Assembly (NCBI RefSeq): GCF_964059005.1
Contig: NZ_OZ060389.1
Span: 1 to 32,000 of the forward strand
From: Buchnera aphidicola (Thelaxes suberi)
GTDB taxonomy: Bacteria; Pseudomonadota; Gammaproteobacteria; Enterobacterales; Enterobacteriaceae
Direction: 5' to 3'
DNA length: 32,000 bases
The notes under the pieces are model-generated. The model saw only the letters and a list, made by a program, of their open reading frames with translations. It did no database searches and was not told where the DNA came from. The position numbers and the translations under genes are program-made. Each line of letters opens with the position of its first letter. Position 1 is the first letter of the stretch. Shown here in pieces: positions 23,331-32,000 of this stretch.

Positions 23331-24428
23331 ATGTCAAAAGAAAAAAAATTCAGTTTTTTTTCTTTTTTTAATTTAAAAAAAGAAAAAGAAAAAAAAAAAG
23401 ATAACACACAAAAAAATAAAATTATACAATCAAAAAAAACGAATGAAAATAATAAAATTATCGAAAGCAACACAAATATAGAAAAAAATATTATTTGTAA
23501 AAAAGAAAATATTCATTCATCTAATAGTTTTTTCCAACGATTAAGTAATAAATTCCAAAAAACAAAAGAAAAATTTACTACTAATATAAAAAATTTATTT
23601 TTAAAAAAAGAAATTGACAAAACAATATTTAAAAAAATTGAAGAACAATTAATCATGGCAGATTTAGGAGTTAAAACTACATCTAAAATTATAAACCAAC
23701 TAATTAATAATGCAAACAATAAACAAATAGAAAATCCAGATGAAGTATATATTTTACTAAAAAAAATTATGCTTTCAATTATAAAAACAGTAGAACAACC
23801 ATTAGTAATTACTGAAAATGAACCTTTTTTTATTTTAGTAGTAGGAGTTAATGGAGTAGGAAAAACTACAACAATCGGTAAATTATCTGAGAAATTTAAA
23901 AAGCAAGGAAAAACTATTGTCTTAGCGGCAGGCGATACCTTCCGAGCTGCAGGTATAAATCAATTATTATTTTGGTCAAAAAAAAATAATATCCCTCTTG
24001 TAAAACATCTTCCACATTCTGATCCAGCATCTGTTATTTTTGATGCACTACATTCAGCAAAATCTAAAAAAAGCGATATTGTTATAGCCGATACAGCTGG
24101 AAGATTACAAAATAAAATAAACTTAATGGAAGAAATAAAAAAAATTATTCGAGTTTCAAAAAAAATTAATCCTACTTTCCCTAATGAAATTATACTGGTT
24201 ATTGATGCTTGTAGTGGACAAAATGCAATAGATCAAGTAAAAATTTTTAACGAAAATTTAGGTATAACAGGATTAATTATCACTAAATTAGATGGCACAG
24301 CTAAAGGTGGTGTTATTTTTTCTATCGCAGAAAAATATTCTATTCCTATTAGGTATATAGGTATTGGAGAAACAACAGAAGATCTAGATGTCTTTAATGC
24401 AAAAAAATTTATTGAAGCATTATTTTAA
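23331..24428 (+). CDS. ftsY: Signal recognition particle receptor FtsY (shortened A-domain)
   Basis: 365 aa, against 497 in E. coli. The NG domain is highly conserved (VGVNGVGKTTTIGKL, GDTFRAA, DTAGRLQNK, TKLDGTAKGG). The N-terminus MSKEKKFSFFSFF matches E. coli MAKEKKRGFFSWLGF. Confidence 0.95.
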   Translation: MSKEKKFSFFSFFNLKKEKEKKKDNTQKNKIIQSKKTNENNKIIESNTNIEKNIICKKENIHSSNSFFQRLSNKFQKTKEKFTTNIKNLFLKKEIDKTIFKKIEEQLIMADLGVKTTSKIINQLINNANNKQIENPDEVYILLKKIMLSIIKTVEQPLVITENEPFFILVVGVNGVGKTTTIGKLSEKFKKQGKTIVLAAGDTFRAAGINQLLFWSKKNNIPLVKHLPHSDPASVIFDALHSAKSKKSDIVIADTAGRLQNKINLMEEIKKIIRVSKKINPTFPNEIILVIDACSGQNAIDQVKIFNENLGITGLIITKLDGTAKGGVIFSIAEKYSIPIRYIGIGETTEDLDVFNAKKFIEALF

Positions 24429-24608
24429 ATAGTATTAAATAAATATAGATCTCTTATCTATAATCAGATTTTCTTTTAAATACGATATGTATATAAGAAA
24501 ATATATTCTTTGATTTATTATTTTTGATAAAGTAGACTATAAAATAGATTCTATCTAATCTAAATTTATTTAAATTAAATCAGCAAATAAAAATAATAGA
24601 GACAAAAA

Positions 24609-25472
24609 ATGATTCATAAAATGCAAAAGTTGTCTTTTACTCCTTTAGAAAATTTAGATGCATATATAAGAGCAGCAAATAATTGGCCAATGTTATCTTT
24701 AGAAAAAGAAAAAAAACTCACTCATCTTTTATATTATAAAGGAGACTTAGATGCAGCAAAAACTTTAATTTTATCACATTTACGTTTTGTTATTCATATT
24801 TCTAGAAACTATTCTGGGTACGGATTATTACAAGCTGATTTAATTCAAGAAGGAAACATTGGATTAATGAAAGCTGTTAAAAGATTTAATCCCGAAGTAG
24901 GTGTTAGATTAGTTTCATTTGCTGTACATTGGATAAAATCAGAAATACATGAATATGTTTTAAAAAATTGGCGTATTGTTAAAGTCGCAACTACGAAATC
25001 TCAACGTAAATTATTTTTTAATCTTAGAAAAAATAAACAACGACTAGGATGGTTTAATAATAATGAATTAGAAATTGTTGCAAAAGAACTAGGAGTTACC
25101 AGTAATGATGTTAGAGAAATGGAATCACGAATGTCTGCCCAAGACATTGCTTTTAATCCTACACCTGAAGAAGAATACATTGATGGAAAACAAAAATATA
25201 ATAATTATGCATATTTAAACGATTATTCTTCCAATTTTGCAAACTATTTAGAAAAAAATGATTGGAATATTCATTCAGCTAATAAATTAACTGATGCTTT
25301 ATCAATATTAGATAAACGTAGTCTACATATTATTCGTGCTCGTTGGTTAGATGAAAAAAATAAAGAAACTTTACAAAAAATTGCAAAACATTACGGGATT
25401 TCAGCAGAAAGAGTACGACAATTAGAAAAAAACGCAATGAAAAAATTAAAAATAGAAATAGAAAAGAATTAA
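24609..25472 (+). CDS. rpoH: RNA polymerase heat-shock sigma factor RpoH (sigma-32)
   Basis: 287 aa, against 284 in E. coli. [16 protein letters not shown], the RpoH-box region [10 protein letters not shown] and [18 protein letters not shown] are near-identical to E. coli RpoH. Confidence 0.96.
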   Translation: MIHKMQKLSFTPLENLDAYIRAANNWPMLSLEKEKKLTHLLYYKGDLDAAKTLILSHLRFVIHISRNYSGYGLLQADLIQEGNIGLMKAVKRFNPEVGVRLVSFAVHWIKSEIHEYVLKNWRIVKVATTKSQRKLFFNLRKNKQRLGWFNNNELEIVAKELGVTSNDVREMESRMSAQDIAFNPTPEEEYIDGKQKYNNYAYLNDYSSNFANYLEKNDWNIHSANKLTDALSILDKRSLHIIRARWLDEKNKETLQKIAKHYGISAERVRQLEKNAMKKLKIEIEKN

Positions 25473-25994
25473 TAAAAAAATTTAAAATATATCAGTTTTG
25501 ATTTTAATGTAATTAAATTACAAATGAAATTTGTATTTCAATAATAAATATAATTCAATTAAAAATTAATTTTTAATTCTTATTAACTTAATAATTAATT
25601 ATAATTTATTTTTATCAATTATTTTGTAAAAATTTGTTAAAAATATTTCTATTTTTAATAAATTTATTGTTAATGGAATAAATTTCTAATTATTAAAATA
25701 ATATTAACTACTATATACAAAATACTATTAATAAGTAAAATTTTTATCTTAAACAATTGTATTAAAATAATAATAACTACATTTATTAATAATATATTCA
25801 TCAACAAAATATTAAAAAATACTTAATATTCATATTAAAATATGAATTATTTAATTTTAATAATATTAAATGGAATAATCAAAAAATTAACATAAAATTT
25901 TTTATTATAAATAAATCTTTTATTAAAGAGTTTTTGAAACGTATTACTTTAGTTAATAAATAAATTTATTGCAAATAAAAAGGTTTAATAAAAA

Positions 25995-26813
25995 ATGCAT
26001 CAAATTATTACATGTGATTTAGACGGAACTTTACTAACATCTAATTATAATATAAGTAATTATACTCGTAATATTTTAAAAAAAATTATTAATAAAGAAA
26101 CTATTTTTGTTATATCAACAGGTCGCAATTTTGCTGATACATGGAAAATCAAAAATCAACTAAATATTCAAGCTTTTATGATTACTTGTAATGGAGCAGA
26201 AATATACAATAACGATGGAAAAAAAATTTATAATAATAATATAAAAACAGATATTACCTTACAATTAAGTCAAATGTTTTATTTAAAACAAGATATAATT
26301 ACTCACATTTATTTTAAAAATAAATGGTATACAAATAAAAATATTGACACGAATCTAAAACTATTAAATTCATTTAGCATAAAAAATCAACTCTATACTA
26401 AAAATTTTTTTAAAAATAAAAACGCAGAAAAAATTTTTTTTACCTCTAATAACTATTCTCAACTAAAAATTATACAATCTTATTTACAAAAAAAATTTAA
26501 AAATAAAATTACTACTACTTTTTCAAAAAAAAATTGCTTAGAAATAAATAAAAATAAAGTATCTAAAGGCACAGCTTTAATTTTTTTATTAAAAAAACTA
26601 AATCTTTCATTAAATAATTGCATTGCGTTTGGAGATGGCATGAATGATAAAGATATGCTATCAATATCAGGTAATAGTTTTATAATGAAAAATGGAGACA
26701 TAGAATTAAAAAAAAGCTTACCTGATGTTCCAATAATAGGTAGTAATAACGAAGACGCAGTTGCATATTGTTTATATAATACTTTTATAAAAAACAAAAA
26801 AATATGCAAATAA
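25995..26813 (+). CDS. yigL: Cof-type HAD-IIB phosphatase (YigL-like)
   Basis: 272 aa. It has HAD motif I CDLDGTLL, motif II STGR and motif IV CIAFGDGMNDKDML. The YigL assignment rests on similarity as I recall it and on the E. coli neighbourhood yigL-yigM-metR-metE. The family is solid; the exact orthologue is less so. Confidence 0.7.
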   Translation: MHQIITCDLDGTLLTSNYNISNYTRNILKKIINKETIFVISTGRNFADTWKIKNQLNIQAFMITCNGAEIYNNDGKKIYNNNIKTDITLQLSQMFYLKQDIITHIYFKNKWYTNKNIDTNLKLLNSFSIKNQLYTKNFFKNKNAEKIFFTSNNYSQLKIIQSYLQKKFKNKITTTFSKKNCLEINKNKVSKGTALIFLLKKLNLSLNNCIAFGDGMNDKDMLSISGNSFIMKNGDIELKKSLPDVPIIGSNNEDAVAYCLYNTFIKNKKICK

Positions 26814-27418
26814 ATAACAATTAAAACTATAAAGTTAAAAATAAATCAATTTACATATTGTTCATTAAAAATATCTAATCTATATGTATTAATTTTATTA
26901 TTTTATAATAAATAGTTAATAATTTTTATTGTAATTTTAATTAATATTAAAAATATTATAATTTTAAAAATGTTAATTTTTTATTTTTCCTTTTTATTTA
27001 TTAATTACATCAAATTATATTTACGGTATAGAATACAAAAAGTTATCAATTTATATTGATACATATAAACTAAAACTGAAATTTTTATCTGCATAATTTA
27101 TTATATCTATAATATACACTAAATTTTAAATATGTTGCATAATTATAATTAACGCATGATTATACATATATAAAATATATTAAATATATACTTCATTTAA
27201 TTTTTGAATTAATAAATTGATAAAAAATAAATGTATATTTACATATATAATTATAAAATTATTTACAATAAATAATTGTATAAAATTCAATATTTATATA
27301 TAAATTAAAAATGATTTAAATCATATATTTTTTCATACTATCAGAAATACAAAAATTTAATCAGTATAACACATAGTTCATTTTTATTTTGTATATAAAA
27401 TATTTTGGAGATGTTAGA

Positions 27419-29695
27419 ATGAATATTTTAAATCATGTGGTTGGATATCCTAGAATAGGAAAAGATCGAGAATTAAAAAAAGCTCAAGAAAATTATTGGA
27501 AAGGTTTAATATCGCAAGAACAATTATTTACAGTAGGTAAAATATTAAGAAAAAATAATTGGGAACAACAAGTTAAATCAGGAATAGATTTGGTAACAGT
27601 AGGGGATTTTGCTTGGTATGATCATGTTCTAACAACATCAATGATGTTAGGTAACATACCAAAAAGGCATATCGACCAAAAAAATACCGTAATTAATATT
27701 GATACATTATTCCGTATTGCAAGAGGCGCTGCTCCTACAGGTCCAAAATCCTTCGCTTCAGAAATGACTAAATGGTTTAATACTAATTATCATTATATTG
27801 TACCTGAATTTTCAAAAAATACTCAGTTTCAATATAGTTGGAACCAACTAATAGACGAAGTAGATGAAGCAATTACATATGGTTATCGTGTAAAACCTGT
27901 TTTACTTGGACCTTTAAGTTATTTATGGTTAGGAAAAATTAAAGGAGAACATTTTAATAAATTAGATTTACTAGATTCTATTTTACCTATTTATCATTAT
28001 ATTCTTTCAGAAATTAATAAAAGAAATATTGATTGGATTCAAATTGATGAACCAATACTTACATTAGAATTGCCTTCTGAATGGCTAAAAGCTTTTGAAA
28101 AAACTTATTATAATCTAAACGATAATAAACAAAATAATATTTTATTAACAACTTATTTTGGTGATATTAGTCATAATATAGATACTATTTGTAATCTCCC
28201 AATACAAGGTTTACATATTGATATTATTAACTCTAAAAAAAATCTAAATATTTTAAATACAATCATTCCAGAAGATTGGTTATTTTCTTTAGGAATCGTT
28301 AATGGTCGCAATATTTGGAAAACAGACTTAATTAATTGGTTTTATCAAATTAAAAAAATTCAGTATACTAGAAAACAATTTTTTTTGAGTACATCTTGCT
28401 CATTATTACATTCACCCATTGATTTAAAAGATGAAAAGTATCTTAATAAAGAAATAAAAAGTTGGTTTGCTTTTGCTGTGCAAAAATGTTATGAACTATG
28501 CATATTAAAAAATGCATTACAAAATGATAACGTTAATATATTGACAAAATGGGTTGAACCTATATTAATTAGAACTAATTCAAAATTAGTACACAATCCA
28601 GAAGTACAAAAAAGACTCCAATCAATTGAATCATTTATTCCAAATAGAAATAATAAATATGAAGTAAGGGCGATAGAACAAAAAAAATTATTACAATTAC
28701 CTGTGTTACCAACTACTACTATTGGATCTTTTCCTCAAACTGATTCAATACGTAAATTAAGATCAGATTTTAAAAATAATTTAATTAATGAACGATTTTA
28801 TAATAATGAAATAAAAAAAGAAATAAAAAAAGTTATTGAAGAACAAGAAATGTTAGGATTAGACGTTTTAGTACATGGAGAACCAGAAAGAAATGATATG
28901 GTTGAATATTTTAGTGAATATTTAAATGGATTTGCTTTTACTAATAATGGCTGGGTTCAAAGCTATGGATCTCGTTGTGTTAAACCACCTATTATCATTG
29001 GAGATATTAGTAGAAAAAAAAATATAACTACAGAATTTACATGTTATGCTCAAAGTTTAACACAAAAACCTGTAAAAGGAATGTTAACTGGACCAGTAAC
29101 TATTTTACAATGGTCTTTTCCTCGAGAAGATTTACCAAAAGAAATCATAGCTAAACAAATCGCATTATCATTACAAGATGAAGTCTTATCACTAGAAAAA
29201 TCAGGAATTAATATTATTCAAATAGATGAACCTGCTTTACGTGAAGGATTACCATTACATAAAAAAGAATGGGGTTTGTATTTAAAATGGGCTATTTTTT
29301 GTTTTAAATTAAGTTGCGCTGAAGTAAAAGATTCCACTCAAATTCATACTCATATGTGTTATTGTGAATTTAACGATTTTATGGAAGCTATTACTCAATT
29401 AGATGCTGACGTAATCACAATTGAAACTTCTCGCTCTGATATGGAGTTATTAGAACTATTTAAAGCATTTAATTATCCTAATGAAATAGGTCCTGGCGTT
29501 TATGATATACATTCTCCCAATATTCCATCTATTAGTAATATAAAAAATCTTCTAAAAAAAGCAATAAAACATATTGATAAAAAAAGATTATGGGTTAACC
29601 CAGATTGTGGATTAAAAACTAGAAATTGGGATGAAACAAAGAAAGCTTTATCATCAATGGTAAAAGCAGCTATAGAAATACGTAAAGAACTATAA
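27419..29695 (+). CDS. metE: Cobalamin-independent methionine synthase MetE
   Basis: The track ORF starts at TTG 27389. However, ATG 27419 (GGAG 8 nt upstream) gives [24 protein letters not shown], which aligns with E. coli [24 protein letters not shown]. This gives 758 aa against 753. Zn and substrate motifs are conserved ([18 protein letters not shown]). Confidence 0.96.
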   Translation: MNILNHVVGYPRIGKDRELKKAQENYWKGLISQEQLFTVGKILRKNNWEQQVKSGIDLVTVGDFAWYDHVLTTSMMLGNIPKRHIDQKNTVINIDTLFRIARGAAPTGPKSFASEMTKWFNTNYHYIVPEFSKNTQFQYSWNQLIDEVDEAITYGYRVKPVLLGPLSYLWLGKIKGEHFNKLDLLDSILPIYHYILSEINKRNIDWIQIDEPILTLELPSEWLKAFEKTYYNLNDNKQNNILLTTYFGDISHNIDTICNLPIQGLHIDIINSKKNLNILNTIIPEDWLFSLGIVNGRNIWKTDLINWFYQIKKIQYTRKQFFLSTSCSLLHSPIDLKDEKYLNKEIKSWFAFAVQKCYELCILKNALQNDNVNILTKWVEPILIRTNSKLVHNPEVQKRLQSIESFIPNRNNKYEVRAIEQKKLLQLPVLPTTTIGSFPQTDSIRKLRSDFKNNLINERFYNNEIKKEIKKVIEEQEMLGLDVLVHGEPERNDMVEYFSEYLNGFAFTNNGWVQSYGSRCVKPPIIIGDISRKKNITTEFTCYAQSLTQKPVKGMLTGPVTILQWSFPREDLPKEIIAKQIALSLQDEVLSLEKSGINIIQIDEPALREGLPLHKKEWGLYLKWAIFCFKLSCAEVKDSTQIHTHMCYCEFNDFMEAITQLDADVITIETSRSDMELLELFKAFNYPNEIGPGVYDIHSPNIPSISNIKNLLKKAIKHIDKKRLWVNPDCGLKTRNWDETKKALSSMVKAAIEIRKEL

Positions 29696-29704
29696 ATTAA
29701 AAAA

Positions 29705-29738
29705 ATTCTATATTACTTATGTATAAGTAATATAGAAT
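29705..29738. terminator. 34-bp near-perfect palindrome between convergent metE and purH (candidate bidirectional terminator)
   Basis: attctatattacttat (29705-29720), then gt, then ataagtaatatagaat (29723-29738). The 16-bp arms pair perfectly. It starts 10 bp after the metE stop. Confidence 0.6.
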
Positions 29739-29843
29739 AATACAATTGATATAAAAATTCATTAATTTTTATTTATATAATCATATATATTTAAAAAAAT
29801 GTCAGTAAACTATATTTATAATTTCTCATAAAAACAATTTTTA

Positions 29844-31481
29844 TTAATGTTTAAAATAACGTTTATGCGTAAAAATCATTTTCATACCATATTTATTTAC
29901 AGTATTAATTACTTCTTGATCTCGAATTGATCCACCTGGCTGAATAATGCATGAAATTCCATTTAAAAAAGCACTTTCGACTGAATCTTTAAATGGAAAG
30001 AATGCATCTGAAGACATAATCAAATGTTTGTTATGTAATACATTGTTATTTTTATTTAACTTATAATTAGCAATTCCAACAGCGTCAATTCTACTTGTTT
30101 GACCTCCTCCAATTGCAAGAGTTTGTTGATTTTGCACATACACAATAGAATTAGACTTAACAAACTTTGATACTTTTAAAGCAAAAACACAGTCTTCTAT
30201 CTCTTCTTTACTTGGTTTTTTATAACTAACTGTTTCCCAATTTGCAATATCCTTATTAGAAATTATTGAATCTGTACTCTGTATTAATAATCCATTATTT
30301 ATTTGTTTCAAGTGATAACTTGGTTGATTATCAACATGCTCACTACTATTATTATTATCATCATAACCACAAATTAAAAGTCTAATATTAGGTTTTAAAT
30401 TGAATAATTCACGCGCCTTTAAATCAATATCTGGAGCGATAATAACTTCTACAAATTGATTGTCAATAATATATTGAGCTAAAATTAGATCTATTTTTTG
30501 ATTTAAAGCAATAACACCTCCAAAAGAAGATATAGGATCATTGGAATATGCAGAATAGTAAGATTCTAAAGCGCTATTTCTTAAAGCAACACTACACGGA
30601 TTACCATGTTTGACAATAACACATGTCGTAAAATTAAATTCTTTAATACATTCTAAAGCAACATCAGCATCTAATATGTTATTATAAGACAGTTGCTTAC
30701 CCTGAATCTGAGAACATCCAATAATAGATTGGGTATTTGTATTATAATTATTAGCAGCATATAATGCAGCTTGTTGATGTAAATTTTCTCCATATCTAAG
30801 ATTATTTTTTTTATTTACATTTATCAAAATAGTATCTGAAAAAGATTTTTTATTTATTCTAGAAAAAAAATACTCATAAATAGAATAATCATATAAACAA
30901 GTATACTTAAAAGCTTTTTCTGCAAATATTTTCATAAGACGACGTTCGCATTTAAAAATATTATCTTTATTATCATTATTTTGTAATATTTTTATAATAA
31001 GGTGATAATCATTATAATCAGTTAATATAACAACATTATTATAATTTTTTGCAGCAGCTCTAACTAAAGCCGGTCCCCCAATATCTATGTTATTTAATAC
31101 ATTTTCTTGGCTAGATTGAGTATGTAAATTTAATTTTTTATTATTAAATGGATAAAAATTAATGATTACTATACTAAACAATATAATTTTATGTTCTTTA
31201 ATATCTAAATGATCTAAATGATAATTATATAATATTCCTCCTAAAATTTTTGGATGTAAAGTTTTTACTTTCCCATTCATTATTTCTGGAAAATTAATGT
31301 ATTGAGATAACTTTTTTGCTTTGATATTATTTTTAATAAGATATAAATATGTATTCTCGGTGGCAAATATTGTAAAATTATTTTTTTTTAATTCTAAGGC
31401 TATAATTAAAATATTCGTTTTATCGAAAACGCTAATTAATGCGTTTTTATTTGTTTTCATATTTAACATTAATATATTCAC
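29844..31481 (-). CDS. purH: Bifunctional AICAR transformylase / IMP cyclohydrolase PurH
   Basis: The ORF is 545 aa from GTG 31481. Alignment to E. coli PurH (ALLSVSDK vs ALISVFDK) suggests the true start is ATG 31460, giving 538 aa. Conserved motifs include GRVKTLHP-like GKVKTLHP, KHGNPC and the ASDAFFPF-like SSDAFFPF. Confidence 0.94.
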   Translation of the reverse strand: MNILMLNMKTNKNALISVFDKTNILIIALELKKNNFTIFATENTYLYLIKNNIKAKKLSQYINFPEIMNGKVKTLHPKILGGILYNYHLDHLDIKEHKIILFSIVIINFYPFNNKKLNLHTQSSQENVLNNIDIGGPALVRAAAKNYNNVVILTDYNDYHLIIKILQNNDNKDNIFKCERRLMKIFAEKAFKYTCLYDYSIYEYFFSRINKKSFSDTILINVNKKNNLRYGENLHQQAALYAANNYNTNTQSIIGCSQIQGKQLSYNNILDADVALECIKEFNFTTCVIVKHGNPCSVALRNSALESYYSAYSNDPISSFGGVIALNQKIDLILAQYIIDNQFVEVIIAPDIDLKARELFNLKPNIRLLICGYDDNNNSSEHVDNQPSYHLKQINNGLLIQSTDSIISNKDIANWETVSYKKPSKEEIEDCVFALKVSKFVKSNSIVYVQNQQTLAIGGGQTSRIDAVGIANYKLNKNNNVLHNKHLIMSSDAFFPFKDSVESAFLNGISCIIQPGGSIRDQEVINTVNKYGMKMIFTHKRYFKH

Positions 31482-31527
31482 TATTTATGAATTTTAATCA
31501 ATAATTTTAATACCAATTAACATATCC

Positions 31528-31562
31528 ATCTTGAAAACTACAAAATAATTAGTTTTCAAGAT
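31528..31562 (-). terminator. Hairpin downstream of rpoC and upstream of purH
   Basis: atcttgaaaact (31528-31539) pairs perfectly with agttttcaagat (31551-31562). This gives a 12-bp stem and an 11-nt loop, about 40 nt past the rpoC stop on the minus strand. No U-tract follows. Confidence 0.45.
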
Positions 31563-31603
31563 ATAATTAAAAAATATTGTTATACTTTAGAACAAAAAAT
31601 TTT

Positions 31604-32000
<397 letters not shown>

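Noticed and set aside
23513-23719. A 68-aa antisense ORF inside the ftsY A/N-domain region.
   Set aside because: It is a low-complexity mirror of a Lys-rich coding stretch.
26480-26809. A 109-aa antisense ORF inside the yigL-like HAD gene.
   Set aside because: The sense strand carries all the HAD motifs, including GDGMND. The antisense product has none.
27311-27324. The palindrome atgatttaaatcat upstream of metE. It could be a MetR operator, or a fossil metR start (minus strand ATG ATT TAA, compared with MetR M-I-E).
   Set aside because: It does not fit TGAA-N5-TTCA. A two-residue match is meaningless, and 14-bp AT palindromes are common here.
27389-27418. The 10-codon N-terminal extension of metE from TTG 27389 ([10 protein letters not shown]) given in the ORF track.
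   Set aside because: E. coli MetE aligns from the ATG at 27419, and GGAG sits inside the extension 8 nt upstream of that ATG. The extension is most likely 5' UTR.

Overview
This is an extremely AT-rich window (about one-fifth G+C by eye; long spacers near 10% by hand count) from a reduced gamma-proteobacterial genome. Gene content and order are mnmG(gidA), atpBEFHAGDC, gyrB, dnaN, [gap], rpmH, rnpA, yidC, mnmE, tRNA-Phe, groES, groEL, efp, dnaC, dnaT, rsmD, ftsY, rpoH, yigL-like, metE, purH, rpoC. As far as I recall, this is the origin-proximal layout of Buchnera aphidicola, the obligate aphid endosymbiont, and that is my best guess for the source. I can support 26 protein genes, one truncated by the window edge and one (rpmH) too short for the ORF track. 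I can also support one tRNA, two promoters, five GC-containing hairpins or palindromes, and a dozen antisense shadow ORFs that I reject. I see no mobile elements, CRISPR arrays, phage genes or accessory islands. All genes are close to the length of their E. coli orthologues except ftsY. The main anomaly is the slot between dnaN and rpmH, where dnaA normally sits. It is a 1.4-kb ORF-free AT desert with at most a fossil of the DnaA C-terminus, while the primosome genes dnaT and dnaC remain intact 8 kb away. No consensus DnaA box is visible in any long spacer. Secondary observations:
- A statistically improbable 46-bp perfect palindrome lies between mnmG and atpB.
- A GC-rich hairpin sits inside the atp operon.
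- An E. coli-like sigma-32 promoter lies in front of groESL, with rpoH intact.
- The spacer where metR would be expected upstream of metE is eroded.
- Long poly(A) runs occur inside essential genes.
- FtsY has a shortened, charge-inverted A-domain.
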